A stretch of 62,620 nt of DNA, counting the filler, from Squatina squatina (lineage: Eukaryota): the NCBI GenBank assembly GCA_031763465.1. It is 3 parts of 3 records of this genome, joined end to end, with 100 filler letters (N's around TTAATTAATTAA, not from the genome) between each part and the next. Parts side by side here need not be neighbours in the genome. Positions count along the whole stretch, not along the records: positions 1 to 22,659 come from JARFOE010000100.1; 2 more parts are not named here. One strand, given 5' to 3'. Positions within the stretch are counted from its first letter, which is position 1. Each line of letters begins with the position of its first letter. Under the pieces are notes generated by a model. It saw only the letters and a program-made list of their open reading frames with translations. It did not search any database and was not told the origin of the DNA. Positions 1 to 12,965 of the stretch are shown here, piece after piece. The position numbers were made by a program, and so were the translations under genes.

Positions 1-1935
1 CCCATTTGGGCGCAGCCAAATTGGGGCCCCTTAATATTTAGGTTCTACTCCTATTGCATGACAAGTTCTAATCTATACCTTTCAAAACAGTAAAATAAAT
101 ACCAAAAATTGCTACAGTACTACTAAGGGAGCACAAAATTTTAAAGAACAAACCCTACATTTATATAGTGCCTGATACATCCTCAGGATGTCCCTAAGCA
201 GTTCACAGCCAATGAATTACTGATATGTAGCAAAGTGATAAAAAAACGTACGCATTTTCGAAGGCCTTCTTTTCCCGTTCTAGCTGTTTCATTAGTATCT
301 CGATTTCACCGAGTGCAAACTGCAGCTTTTCAGATTCCTTGGAAAGTAAAGCTTTAGTTTTAACATGTTCAAGTCTTTCATTCTGTAAAGAAGCATGATC
401 GAGTTAATAGAATTGCTCAGCTGCTTTTGTCTCAAATATAAATAGAACAATATTGGCACTTCGAAATATGATGCAGAAAGGGTTCTGTTGAACCATACCT
501 TACAACCACCATAGTAAAGAATCATTCAAGATTTTCTCATGACAAATGAAAATAATAAGTTTGGCTGAATATGTGCAGTAGGAACTGGTCAGCCAAGACA
601 TTTTGAACAAATGCATGCCTTAACATTATTCATACAGTTCACATGACAAATGCTGTAGGTAGTGCTTTGAAGGTCATTTTTTTTCGAATCGCTGATAAAT
701 ATTTTAAATTAGGTACACAAATGTTATAGATACGTGCAATGGTGTAGAAAATGATTAAGAGCTAAATATCAAATACATAGATCAGTCTTGTTAATGGTTC
801 CCTCTTTATTAGCTTAAAAGTTCTCACCTCCAACTCCTTCACAACATCCTCAAATTCTTCTCTGCTGACTGACTCCTCTTCTCTATCTTTAATCTAAATG
901 TGGAATGCATTGTATTATGTTGAGCAATTTTGCTCCAAATATATAAAGAATTCTTGGCCCCATCATCGCTGCTGCTGAGCTGATGAACGGGAAGTTAGTA
1001 GCAGTATATACAGAATTCATTAACAATCAATTTGTTTGCACAGCAAGATCATATCTGTGATGACAGAAGAATAGTTTGACATTATACCTTTTACGCCAGT
1101 TTAGATGCAGAATATAGACTAGATTCCCTGGATGGTGTTAAAGCTGCAAATTAACTAAACATCCATAATAAAGCATCATGTTCTAGTAGATTATGGAGTC
1201 TGGTTGTCATCAAAAGTGATAAATTGAGGGAATATTTAGTAATAAGTTGTTAAGTACTGCAGTACAATTCTGAAAAGAACAGAAAAGGGTGACGTTACAA
1301 AGAGTTGCAATGATTTGTCTTCAAAAAAGTACCAGTGGAGCTATGTTTTTTTAATAAGCAAGCTTCCGTTACCGCTCCGTTCTGCCTCTGGCATATATAT
1401 TCTACAGTACACCAAAAAGTATGCACAGAAGCANNNNNNNNNNNNNNNNNNNNNNNNNNNNNNNNNNNNNNNNNNNNNNNNNNNNNNNNNNNNNNNNNNN
1501 NNNNNNNNNNNNNNNNNNNNNNNNNNNNNNNNNTACAGCACTTCAAAAAGTATTGAAATTGGCTGTAAAGTGTTTTAGGTGCTATATTTGGGCAAGTCTA
1601 TCATTCTTCATAGAGATTCAGTCTTCGCTGACATAGTCAGTTGATATAACTGCCCTTCTGTTCGGTTCTTAAGGAAATAGTCATGGGTAACGTCATATCT
1701 ACTTCATTCTAAGTTATTGGGAATGAAAGGTGGAAATTATTTTCTCTTGCCACTGGTAGTCCTTGTTTCAGGTCCACTCAGCTCACCACCATCAGCCAAG
1801 CAATGCAGCATCAGCATCAGCATAGGCTGAGTAAAAGCTCAGAGTCTGATGTGGATACAACAAGGACCCTTAGATTTGTTGTTTTCCTGTGTTTGGAGCC
1901 AGTGATTTGATTCGATTTTTCATGTACTTACTCAG

Positions 1936-2066
1936 ATTTTCAGTCTATGTTTCCTGAGGCTCCAGTTGCTGAATTCACAGTACTTACTGTAACCCAAAGG
2001 AGTATTAATGATATGACTATATGGAATGAATCAGTAGAGGAGGAACGCGAGCTGCTACTGGAGAAA
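1936..2066 (+). CDS. MMADHC: MMADHC (cblD cobalamin trafficking protein), internal exon, 131 nt
   Basis: Bounded by ctcag| and |gtaagt. Translates (D)FQSMFPEAPVAEFTVLTVTQRSINDMTIWNESVEEERELLLEK, matching the remembered MMADHC segment DFESLFPE...[28 protein letters not shown]. Convergent with LYPD6 as in other vertebrates. Other exons were not seen. Confidence 0.93.
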
Positions 2067-3135
2067 GTAAGTGACACATGTTAATATATGTATTGGTCTA
2101 CAGGAAAATATGAAATGTGCCTGAAGAGAAAAGTGAATTAATAGCTATGATCAAAAATTCCCTCAGCCTTCCCTTCCTCCCACAATTTAGCTCTGGAGTT
2201 TATCAGTACTACTTCATTTAGCTCATCTTTTCCCTTACTATCTTCAACCTTGGTAAACTTGTAAACCTGCTAAGTAGTAATTTTTAAGAAATGGTGAGAG
2301 TCACGGAAGTGACCGGCCAAATAAGTGGATCTAAAGTAGTGGGCAATTTATGTTTCTGGCCCAGGATGTTTAACATGAANNNNNNNNNNGCCTGGGGTAA
2401 ATTACGTTCTAGCTTTGGCAAGCAGAAAGCAGCAGCAGCTCAGCACCTTGCAGATCAGTGTGTTTATCCCTTGATCCCCAGTCTTTTTGTTTTTGTCCCA
2501 TCTGTTTTCTTGCTGTATCTAAACCTTGGTGATCTGTTGGGGTTCTGTGTTCCAGTAACTAACTTAGTTATTGCTTTTAAAACGTCCTAGCAATACAGTT
2601 CAGTTATTAATACAGTGAGTTCCTCTGACAGTTTTTCACTTGATTCATGTTGAGCAATTCATTCATGGGATGTGCGCATCGCTGGCAACAGCAGGCAGGA
2701 AGAGGCAGAAGACTGGCACTTGAAAATGAAAGTCCTCATGGGGTGGGGGAGAAACTGACTGCATCTATTGAGAAGGTATTGAAATAGAGTAGCTTTAACA
2801 CTAATTGATTGTTAAGATCGTGTAGTACTAACCGGGCCAGCTTAGCAATTGTCATCTTTGGATTCTGCAGACAAATTTAACTTGGCCCAAGTTTGCTCAC
2901 TACTGATGCAGTAGGTCTTCATTCAGATTCACATGCAAATGAGCCGAACACCAGTGTTAAGTCTGTGTTGTGTAGATTTAGTAGTAAATTCCTTAGTAAC
3001 TAATTGGTTGGCATTCTCTTGCTTTTTCAGAAAATTGAGCTGTAGTAGTAAAAATGCTGTTGGGGTGCTGTAAGTTTTAATAAATTTGAAATAAGCTGAA
3101 GGAGAATACTGTGAGAGGTATTTTAAAAGGAGCAT

Positions 3136-3390
3136 TACACATAAGAAGATACAAAATTGGCGGACCGGAAAAGATAAGTTGGTCCATCAAGCCTGCCCCA
3201 CACCATGATGGCTGGATCATCATGGCTAAACACTTCTTTCCCCCTCCACCCCCCGCAGCCATATAATCTCCTGGGAGAAGCAATAGACCAGAGGGGGGAA
3301 AAAACAGGGCTAATAAGGGAAATAAATACTCTGTAAAATTCCTCTTCGATCCCTTCAGGCGATCGAAACCAGTTCAGAAGATCACGTGCC
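3136..3390 (-). mobile_element. CR1-family LINE 3' end
   Basis: Minus strand ends ggcttgatggaccaact...tcttcttatgt, a typical CR1 3' terminus. Confidence 0.6.
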
Positions 3391-4366
3391 ATCATCATCT
3401 ATCGGTATACTGAGGCTTTGGTCTACCAGGAACTGGTGGTAACGTTTAGTCACCAGCAGTCTACTCCACTCAGCTTGCCAGCACTTTAATTTAAAATCTT
3501 CATTTATAGATTGCCAGTAGCCAACCATATTGTTGACTAATACAGTAAAGANNNNNNNNNNNNNNNNNNNNNNNNNNNNNNNNNNNNNNNNNNNNNNNNN
3601 NNNNNNNNNNNNNNNNNNNNNNNNNNNNNNNNNNNNNNNNNNNNNNNNNNNTCTCTCCCATATAAGGTGTGCTTTTTTTTAGTACTTTAATTGTAACCTG
3701 TTTTACATTCCTCTCACCTCACTAACTAATAAAAGTGTGTCAGTCAAAGTAGCCCTGCCTAGAATGCTTCACCAGTGCAGAAACAAAAAAAAGAGATCCT
3801 TACTGCCCTCATTTAGTTGACCCTGTCATATGTTTTCCGACCAGGAACCTTTATGCTTCATCCACTTTTATACACCTGAATGCAGGAGAACAGCTCTTTA
3901 AATAGCACTAGAGGAAAAGCAGTTCCCAGGGGAGAGAGGCCCATTCATAGCTGCCATCTTGATTTCAGCTCTATTAGCCTTCATTAGTAATTGAGGTGTC
4001 ATTCAGCAGAGATAATAATCACAGACCAATATGGTTTCACAATGAAACAACATGTAATATTAGACAGGATGAAGTAGCTGACCTCAGACTGGCCTTAGTG
4101 AAGGCAAATATTCCTTTATAAAACCTTATAAATAAAACATACGCCACATTTTCCATGCACTTGCCTCATTGCAATCTATTTCCTAAGTAAATCAGAACAA
4201 AGATATGGCCAGAAATCATTTACTACTTGTGCGATTCTCTCAGAAGGTTCCTTCAGTAATTCCTTTNNNNNNNNNNNNNNNNNNNNNNNNNNNNNNNNNN
4301 NNNNNNNNNNNNNNNNNNNNNNNNNNNNNNNNNNNNNNNNNNNNNNNNNNNNNNNNNNNNNNNNNN

Positions 4367-4437
4367 AACGTTGACTCTGTTTTTCTCTCCACAGATGCTG
4401 CCTGACCTGCTGAGTTTTTCCAGCATTTTTTGTTTGT
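4367..4437 (+). mobile_element. Penelope-like terminal repeat fragment (5' part in gap)
   Basis: aacgttgactctgtttttctctccacagatgctgcctgacctgctgag, near-identical to 47958-48026. Confidence 0.7.
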
Positions 4438-4459
4438 ATTCTCCAAATACATATTGCTT

Positions 4460-4671
4460 CTGTTTCCTGATTGGAGCACCGGCCCACGTGATCCCAGGTA
4501 CGCTTTCCGCACATGCTCCGCTCCGGGATCCGTGGGCATTTACGCTGACCTCTGGTACGCAGCGTCTGCCGGCCAGTTGTCAAAGGAGGGTCCCCATCAG
4601 GTAAAGGGGCACTCTGTTCGTACGCCGGTGGCACACTCTGTAGGTACGCCGCCGACTATAGGATCCAGGCC
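4460..4671. mobile_element. Right-end fragment related to the 38570-39236 repeat
   Basis: Shares gattgg...ccca(c/t)gtgatccca...ccatcaggta...caggcc-attaa. Confidence 0.45.
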
Positions 4672-5804
4672 ATTAATCTGCAATCACCACAAAACTAACT
4701 GATCAAGTTGCTCAAAGTATTTTCAGCAGCCATGTCGATTTCTAAGTCAGCCCAATATCTACATTTATAATTAAGATTCATAACCTAAAAGTACAGCATC
4801 AATGCCAAAATGATTAAACTTAACTGTAAAGTTGTCCAACAGGGTTTAAATTGTTACAATAATATTTCGCTTCAGAATCTGGACTGGCGGTTTACTGCTG
4901 ATCTCTAGGCTGTATAGTTTATTTGGGCTTTATTCCCAATGTTGTCCCCTTAAGTCAATCTATCGTACATGTCACTTGCACTTAAGGATAATAAACACCT
5001 CCATTAAAATAGCGAGTGAAGGAATTTCATGCAGATGTTCTAACTGTTCGTATTCATATACTGATATTTAATCAGGCTAGTTCCAGGGCATTTGTCTGTA
5101 ATCCCTTTACTGTTAGATTGCACCAATCTTTATCACCTTTTGAACTAAAAAATGTGTCTAATATGCAGAAGTGTTTATTGTTGATTAGATATATGTACTA
5201 TGGTCATTCTTTTATCTGGGATCTTGATCTGCTAGTTCTGCTGTGTTAAAATTGAGGAATGTTGAGTTCATTAACTCACTAAAGCACCTGTGAGTACTGA
5301 TGGCATGCTGTAGGGTGCTGGAGGTTAAACTCTAACCTCTGATGAAAGTGATAGGCATATTTATATTTCCATCTATGCATTAGCAGTTAACCCCTGTAAT
5401 ACTATATCAGGCTTACAGGAAGGTAAGCTGCCAATTCCCTGCACAACCATTTGGTTGCATCGAAGTCACCAAACAAATGAACACAATTCTTTTAATCAAC
5501 AGTTTCATATTTCACTAAATCATGAGCTTTGCCCTATTGCTGACTGCTATTGCTGAAAAATATGTGACCACCCATAAGAACATAGGAACTTAAGAACATT
5601 CAAGGCAAGAAAAAGCCACTGAGCCTAGCAAGCTCATTGCTCCAGTATTGTAGCTTCCCCAGCCTNNNNNNNNNNNNNNNNNNNNNNNNNNNNNNNNNNN
5701 NNNNNNNNNNNNNNNNNNNNNNNNNNNNNNNNNNNNNNNNNNNNNNNNNNNNNNNNNNNNNNNNNTTAGGCAACGCTGTACATGAAAGCATAAAATAGCA
5801 CCAG

Positions 5805-5972
5805 CTATACAACAAGCAACAACAGAAGACTGATGCATGTTAAAGTCACTGCAGACTGAAACAAATGTCGAGATGTTTGATTTATAGGAGATAATGTTGC
5901 AAATACTGCCTGGGAGGTGTTTCTAGGTAATGGGAGGTTACAGATTGTCCCTTCACAGCATGAGGTGCAGAC
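5805..5972 (-). CDS. LYPD6: LYPD6 terminal coding exon (end of LU domain plus GPI-anchor signal)
   Basis: Acceptor ctttttcag|. Reads [55 protein letters not shown], with the CCxxxxCN Ly6 motif and a hydrophobic tail. Confidence 0.93.
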   Translation of the reverse strand, partial: VCTSCCEGTICNLPLPRNTSQAVFATLSPINQTSRHLFQSAVTLTCISLLLLLVV

Positions 5973-6973
5973 CTGAAAAAGACGACAGTGACCGTTATTA
6001 GAGTTTTTTGTGAGAATATTTTCTCTTTTTTTTCCATGATCTACTGAACCATTAATTAAATGAACAGGACAGTATTCAGCATATAAGAATAGCTTGAGTT
6101 TTTTAAAAAAAGAACTTGTTTTTATGTAGCACCCTTCACAAACTCAGGACGTCCCAATAGCCGATCAAGTACCTCTGACCTCGGCACCAAGGTAACTTCC
6201 AGAAACAACAGAGACCTCTGGCGCAACTGGGCACCGGTTTCCCGCAGTGGTTCCACCAATTATCTCTACAAATTTTCAGAGCATTTACGAATTTAAAGTG
6301 ACAGCCCCTCAACCAAACCTAGTCAAAATACTTCACCCCGATTTTAAACCACCCCCCGCCCACCCTGTGCCTGGAGAGCAAGATCATTAAAATGTTTGCA
6401 GCGACCCATTCACCCGCTGGCCGAGTGCCATTTTTACAGGTGCGCCCTGACCTCCCGACGAGGCCTTCGTACTCGGCACAAAAGCGCAGCAGGCCCAGGA
6501 AAGGTAAGCACATTTGTTTTACAAAAGGTTTCCGTGAGGCCCAGGAGGAGCATGCGAGCTTGCACCGGCCCCACAAGGAAGCCTAGAGCCTCGTACTTCC
6601 CTCCCCCGACTGTGATCGCTTACCAACTCTCAGCACTTGACTGCCGGTGACTGTTCCCGCAGGTCATTGACCACAGNNNNNNNNNNNNNNNNNNNNNNNN
6701 NNNNNNNNNNNNNNNNNNNNNNNNNNNNNNNNNNNNNNNNNNNNNNNNNNNNNNNNNNNNNNNNNNNNNNNNNNNNNNNNNNNNNNNNNNNNNNNNNNNN
6801 NNNNNNNNNNNNNNNNNNNNNNNNNNNNNNNNNNNNNNNNNNNNNNNNNNNNNNNNNNNCAATTAAAATTGGAGCTCTTTTGTACTCAGTTGCCTTATGA
6901 CAGTACTAAGACGAATACATTAGACTTGTAGAATATTGTCTTCAAATATGAATGCTGAACAGCACCTATTCAC

Positions 6974-7104
6974 CTTGTTTCCTTCATTATCAGGTTGCGT
7001 GCATCCCACAGATAAACACTCCCTCAGTGGTACACATCGCTTGGTGACCAATGAACTGTCTCCCTTTGCATTCATTTTATGCCTTGTGTAACAGTACTGT
7101 GTTT
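6974..7104 (-). CDS. LYPD6: LYPD6 penultimate exon, 131 nt
   Basis: Bounded by tttctag| and |gtgaat. Reads (E)TQYCYTRHKMNAKGDSSLVTKRCVPLRECLSVGCTQPDNEGNK, and joins the 5805-5972 exon in phase 0. Confidence 0.93.
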
Positions 7105-7224
7105 CTAGAAAGAAAGGAAGAAAATGCAAATTAACCCTCATCATACATTGGCTAGTGGTACAGGACTTTGCGTGGTGAATTAGACAGACTCCAGAGAACT
7201 GGTCATCATTGCACACAAAATAGA

Positions 7225-7590
7225 AGAAGCAATGTTGCTTGACAGGGTAGATGCCGACAGGATGTTTCCTCTCGTGGGGGAATCTAGATCTAGGCGGGGC
7301 ATAGTGTCAAAATAAGGGCTTGTGCATTTGAGACAGAGATGAGGAGGAACTACTTCTCTCAGAGGGCTGTGAATCATTGGAATTCTTTACCTCAGAGAGC
7401 TATGAAGGTTGAGTCATTGAATACATTCAAGGCTGAGATAGACAGATTTTTGAACTACAGGGGAGTCAAAGGTTATGGGGAACAGGCAGGAAAATGAAGT
7501 TGAGGCCAAGATCAAATCAGCTATAATCTCACTGAATGTTGGAGCAGGCTGAAGGGGCAGGATGGCCTACTCCTGCATCTATTTCTTATG
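7225..7590 (+). mobile_element. CR1 LINE 3' end
   Basis: gacagggtagatg...ttctctcagagggctgtgaat...ggagcaggctgaaggggc...cctactcctgc...ttcttatg. Confidence 0.85.
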
Positions 7591-7979
7591 CCTACAACAG
7601 ATCCAGAAGTGACACGAGGAAACCAGCGGGGGTGGAGAGCTCTGGGAACCATAGATCTAAAGTCACCTGTTTTTCCTAGCACATGTCATGTCTCAAAATA
7701 CTCGTATACTGTACTAAAATTGTTATTTTGCACAGAATGGTGTCTGGTGCAGGAACAGCGAAAAAAATGAAATAGATTCAGAATAGTTCAAGTGATGCAG
7801 GGTCCAACATGTCACCCGCCATTTCATTCATTGCAATATTGGAGCAGGCATTCCTGTTCTTGCAACTTGGATTGCTTGGACATAACGCCCAAGAGGAAAA
7901 TTGAGGGGGTGGGTGGGTGTATCACACACTGGTAGCAAATCCTGCCTGATCTTCCTTCCATACAAGTTAGTGACTGGAA

Positions 7980-8200
7980 AATCACAGTCCCGCCCGAGCC
8001 TGTTCTTATTTCCACCCGCTGCATCTGTGCGTGTGGGAGCCAACTGGATAACAGTCATGAGGGGCAACTCTGACCGATTTCTTCCTCTCTAATGCTGGAC
8101 ATTGGGACCAATTGTAGTGCCCTTACTGCCCTCCCAGCAGAGATCGCCTAACTCTCACTGACGAGGAGTGGAGCTTCTCTGGTCTATAGGACTCAGATAT
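7980..8200 (-). mobile_element. LF-SINE-like degenerate copy
   Basis: Minus strand has gagttag.cgatctc...gcagtaagggcactacaattggtc...aaatcggtcagagtt...tatccagt...acaggctcgggc...tgtgat, resembling the LF-SINE core as remembered. Confidence 0.5.
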
Positions 8201-8789
8201 TCACTGAGGTATTAAAAAAAAGACATTTTGGAGATGTTCAGTCAGAGGGTTAAGGAAATATCTTATCTTCACACTTTTTTATTGGAATTCCACATTTCAA
8301 ATTCGGACCTGTGATAAGAATAAGATGTTTTCACTAGTTATTTATATTCATCTTATGCCTGACCTTGATATTCAACTACAACAAACACCAAAGTTAGACA
8401 AACTTGACCTGTAAAAGGCAAATATATGGCATTCCACGTGCTCCATGAGTTCATTGTGTTAGCTGTTGAAGTGCATTCCAGAATGTATATCACAGATCGG
8501 ACTGTTAAGCAGCCGTCTGCTGCAGTGAATTATTGTTTTTCATTTCCCTGTAGTGAATGATCACATTCCTGGGCAGTCAAATGAACAGTCACATTCCTCT
8601 CCTAAAGGATGTGCCAGGCCTGGCAAGTGACTGCAGATGTGACTGCATCTCTACAGGTGGGAGGGCGTTCTAGAGCATTGTCAACACGNNNNNNNNNNNN
8701 NNNNNNNNNNNNNNNNNNNNNNNNNNNNNNNNNNNNNNNNNNNNNNNNNNNNNNNNNNNNNNNNNNNNNNNNNNNNNNNNNNNNNNNNT

Positions 8790-9130
8790 AATCTCCTCCA
8801 GCCCCACAAACCCCCAAGATGTCTGCGCTCCTCTAATTCTGCCTTCTTGAGCATCCCTGATTATAATCGCTCAACCATTGGTGGCCGTACCTTCTGTTGC
8901 CTAGGCCCTAAGCCCTGGAATTCCCGCCTAAACCTCTCCACCTCTCTACCTCTCCTTCCTCCTTCAAGACGTTCCTTAAAACCTAACTCTTTGACCAAGG
9001 TTTTTGTCACCTGCCCTAATTTCTCCTTATGCGGCTCAGTGTCAAACCTTTTATCTCATAATACTCCTGTGAAACACCTTGGGATGTTTCACTACGTTAA
9101 AGGCGCAATATAAATACAAGTTGTTGTTGT
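8790..9130 (+). mobile_element. L2-type LINE 3' end
   Basis: ctcctccagccc...ctggaattcc...ctctttgaccaag...ttaaaggcgcaatataaatacaagttgttgttg tail. Confidence 0.8.
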
Positions 9131-11454
9131 GCTGGCATAACCAGATGGTGAAAGGCATTACTACTTAGAACAATCTTTTTTGCATTCCAACAGTTTGAGC
9201 TTTTTAAACATGGTGGGCCCAGAAACTAATAGGATGTGATCTCAGCAGTTATGCCAGGATCACAGCCTCCCATGATCTCCGTTGCTGGGCACAAGTTCAG
9301 GGGTTGAGGCCGTTTTCCTGTGCTGGATGTCCTGCAAGACCCATTTGCATCCTACTGGAGGTCACTATGCCTCATCTCATTGGGCGCACTGATCTTCAGA
9401 CAAATGCTTGGGCCCATATGAGCCGGGTAATTGGGAACTCTCAGCCCTGGCCCCTCCACATCAATGGCCTTGTAAAGGGGTATGCAGAGGCTCTGTTCCT
9501 TACAAGAACATGTGGAAAGTCCAAGCATAGGCCAGGTATTCAGGTCCTGGACAATTTCCAAGCCATTTTGCTCAAGTAATGGCAGGGTAGTTGGGTGAGG
9601 GGGTGGAGGCAGGGGGAGGTGCAGTTGGGGTGGTCTATTGGTATTCAGCCCCAGTCTATGTTCTAAATGTTTCATCTGACAGGTACAGGCTAAAATATCA
9701 AAATTATTTCCGCTAAAGCAATTTACCATCGTGAAGATATTTGGAAAATATATGACACAACAAAGTACAAACAAATTAATGCACTGTGGAGACCACTCCT
9801 TTTTTAGGATAGTTCTCGCTTTTAAAAATTAATGGTATCAATCATAAGCAAAGGAACAATGAAACAAAATTTTAAAAAAGGATCAAGTTTTAGCGCAAAG
9901 CCCTTCATTCCTTGCCCTTTGAACAGCAAAAAGCTCCACTGCAGCCCAAAGCAGGTGTAGTATCGACTGCTTCCTCGTACTCAAGCCAACTTTAAAAGCA
10001 CCAGTAGACAATAGCAATGCAAAACTGGGTACGATGAAGTGGGTTTAGTTACCGACTGACAGGTAACCTGTGTTTAAAGCTGGAAACTCGGTGGCATTTC
10101 AGTGCGTCCACACTAAAACCTGATGGTCACCGAACAACCAAATTGCAATGGTCGCTATGGCAACAGCAACATCAAACGCTTTTTGCGTAATGAATTCGCA
10201 TGGCTGGCACCTGTTGGATATAGTGTTTAAAGTTCAAAGCGATTCCTTTCATTTACAGCAATGAAAATGTGAGAAGTGGTGTTGACTTAGCCTGGACTTT
10301 CATGGAAATACTGGTGAGGAGTTCAAATTTGCTGGTGGGGCTAATGGGATTCAGGCAAGAGTTTATCAACACTAGAAATTAGCAGGTAGTTGGNNNNNNN
10401 NNNNNNNNNNNNNNNNNNNNNNNNNNNNNNNNNNNNNNNNNNNNNNNNNNNNNNNNNNNNNNNNNNNNNNNNNNNNNNNNNNNNNNNNNNNNNGCCCTTG
10501 CTGAGTACGTGGCTCGTTGGTGCTCTGTAGTTTGCTGCATTTTCCCAGCACAAGCTGCCGAAATCACTCCGAGAACTCCATTCACAGGGCAGTACGCGGA
10601 AGAAGATAACTTTTAAAAAATCTGACGGGGTATGAAAACAAAGTGATGAAACTTGATCTTTTCGTCCTTTCTTTACTGTTAAGCCAACAATGACAGACAC
10701 AATGCAAGGAAAGAGCATGCATTTTGAAAGAATGCAAAGATGGACGAGGGGAAGCNNNNNNNNNNAGAACTAATGGACAGGCTGGTAAATCTATCCCTTT
10801 GAGATAAAGGGATGAGAGTTGACATGGCAGCTATGTTACTAACTGGCTTTGCCAAGCTCCACACAGCGCAGAGCAAGTCTTCACAGTCATGATCTTTCTC
10901 AAGAGGGTTTTCACGTGGAAGATTTTCTGATTAACCATTTCAACGCTCGAGCCTTCCCTGGATGGTCAGTACCACACGGGCCTCGGTCTGGCAGGTCGAG
11001 ACAGCTGGATTACTTCAACCAGAATCGTTTGACAGTCCTCAATATACACAATTATTGTTATGCATTTACAGATCTCTGTTGGTGGTGGTGCGAATAATGA
11101 CCCTGAACTACTGGAAGATCTGTTATTGACTGACTGAACATTTCAAACGCAAAGCAAAAGGTAATTAAAAAAAAAAAATAATTGCTTTTTGGAGCAAATG
11201 ACCAAAAACACAAGTTCCAACTTGGTGATACAAAAAGGAATGATTGCTTCATGGACTTTGCCTACACAGATAGACATCATTTTCAGATTTGTAACCCTCT
11301 AGATGTGCTGGACCCGTCATTTACCTCCGTTTTAAATCAACAAAACAAAATGGCTGCTGGGTCAGTGCCACCAAACATGAACTTCACTGTACTGACAATG
11401 ATACAACAATGTGAAGATTTCTTCTCTTGTGCTGCCTTAGTAGATGATTGCACA

Positions 11455-11645
11455 GCCTGGTGTGGTACTGATCCATGCAGACCAGAAACTTAGCTGGAAT
11501 GCTGGTGAGGATGTTACAACTGCGATGGGTGGGAAGGAGAAATCATGCCTAGAATTGCCTCTTCGGATTGCTAACCCATGACCCCTGCTGCAAATGGGTA
11601 TGGATATCAGGCGAAGATTAGGTGAGCCTGAATGTGACTGCTTTC
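11455..11645 (+). mobile_element. LF-SINE-like degenerate copy
   Basis: gtactgatccatgcagaccag...aaatcatgcc...gattgctaacccatgacccctgctg...ggatatcaggcgaagat. Confidence 0.45.
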
Positions 11646-12848
11646 CCCCACCTCCCCCCGGCCACCCTCACAATGCTCTTACCTCTCCCACCCACTGACA
11701 CTCCAAGTCNNNNNNNNNNNNNNNNNNNNNNNNNNNNNNNNNNNNNNNNNNNNNNNNNNNNNNNNNNNNNNNNNNNNNNNNNNNNNNNNNNNNNNNNNNN
11801 NNNNNNNNNGAAAAAAAACATTGCAGAGGTTTTCTTTGGGCCTAAGTGATAAGACAACCCCTTACAGTTCCTATGATGCAATTTGAACTTGCCTCAGCAT
11901 CAATTCTTTCCCTGATTGCCTAGTCAACAGCGACTGTTCACTGCACTGCCTGCCTAGTATGAAACAAGTCCTTCACTGTTTCTTTAGATAAATGTATTTA
12001 TTCTATCTTTTGCCTGCCCCTCAATTAGTCAGTTTTACGATTAAGACACAAAGCTAATGAATGTGGCAGCTGCCAGACAGGGCTCCTGCACAGAACAAAA
12101 AAAAACCCACAAAGCCCTTCATTTCAGATGTTCTCTACTCCGATCCCGATTACAGATTGTGAACTTCAAAAAAGATCAGACTCCCAACAGTGGCAGCAGA
12201 TCGGTGCTCTGATAANNNNNNNNNNTCAACCATGCTTCAGAGCGCTCTCCCAAACCTCAACAGCTGAACACTAGTCTGGATAGCTACTGATGAAATGTTC
12301 GATGAATTGTAAAGCAGGTCCGACCAAACCCTTCCAGAAATCTTCACAAAGCTTCACGCTTAAAAGCACAACACCATCTTGCAAGAATTTGCTGGTTAAG
12401 AATGACAGCCCATGACATAATGGGGTCATCACTTCATATGTTATATCTCGTGCTAACTTTTTTTTTAAAAAAAAACCTTTTAAAATGCAAAAGCCAATAA
12501 ACACATTAAATGTGAAAAGCCTCACTACAGATGTTTCTACTGCATCAGGTATAACATCTGCTACAGCATAAGGGGACTTCCCCCCTCCCCCACCGGCCAA
12601 CATGACATGGGCAGCTTGGACCAACTTTTCCAGGTCTGAAGTCTGCCCAAGAATTACTTATGGAGGTGCCACCCCTCCTTTAATCCAATCATTATGTTGA
12701 AAATGGTCTTGTATTGTCCATGGTTTTCCACAATGAATTTGTCTTTTANNNNNNNNNNNNNNNNNNNNNNNNNNNNNNNNNNNNNNNNNNNNNNNNNNNN
12801 NNNNNNNNNNNNNNNNNNNNNNNNNNNNNNNNNNNNNNNNNNNNNNNN

Positions 12849-12965
12849 AGCAGCATCTGTGGAGAAAGAAAGAGTCAACGTTTCAGGCCGATGACCTTTC
12901 GTCAGATGACCTTTTACTTCCTGTTTTGATTTCAGATATCCAGCATCCACAGTACTTTGCTTCTG
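12849..12965 (-). mobile_element. Penelope-like terminal repeat fragment with hammerhead core
   Basis: Minus strand reads ctgacgaaaggtcatcggcctgaaacgttgactc...ccacagatgctgc. Confidence 0.7.

Noticed and set aside
1772-1870. Acceptor-like tttcag| upstream of the MMADHC exon as another MMADHC exon
   Set aside because: The translations do not resemble the expected MMADHC segment and no suitable donor was found.
10494-11100. Possible decayed hAT transposase (DFLINHFNAR, NQNRLTVLNIH)
   Set aside because: The resemblance is too vague, with no TIRs or diagnostic motif I can support.
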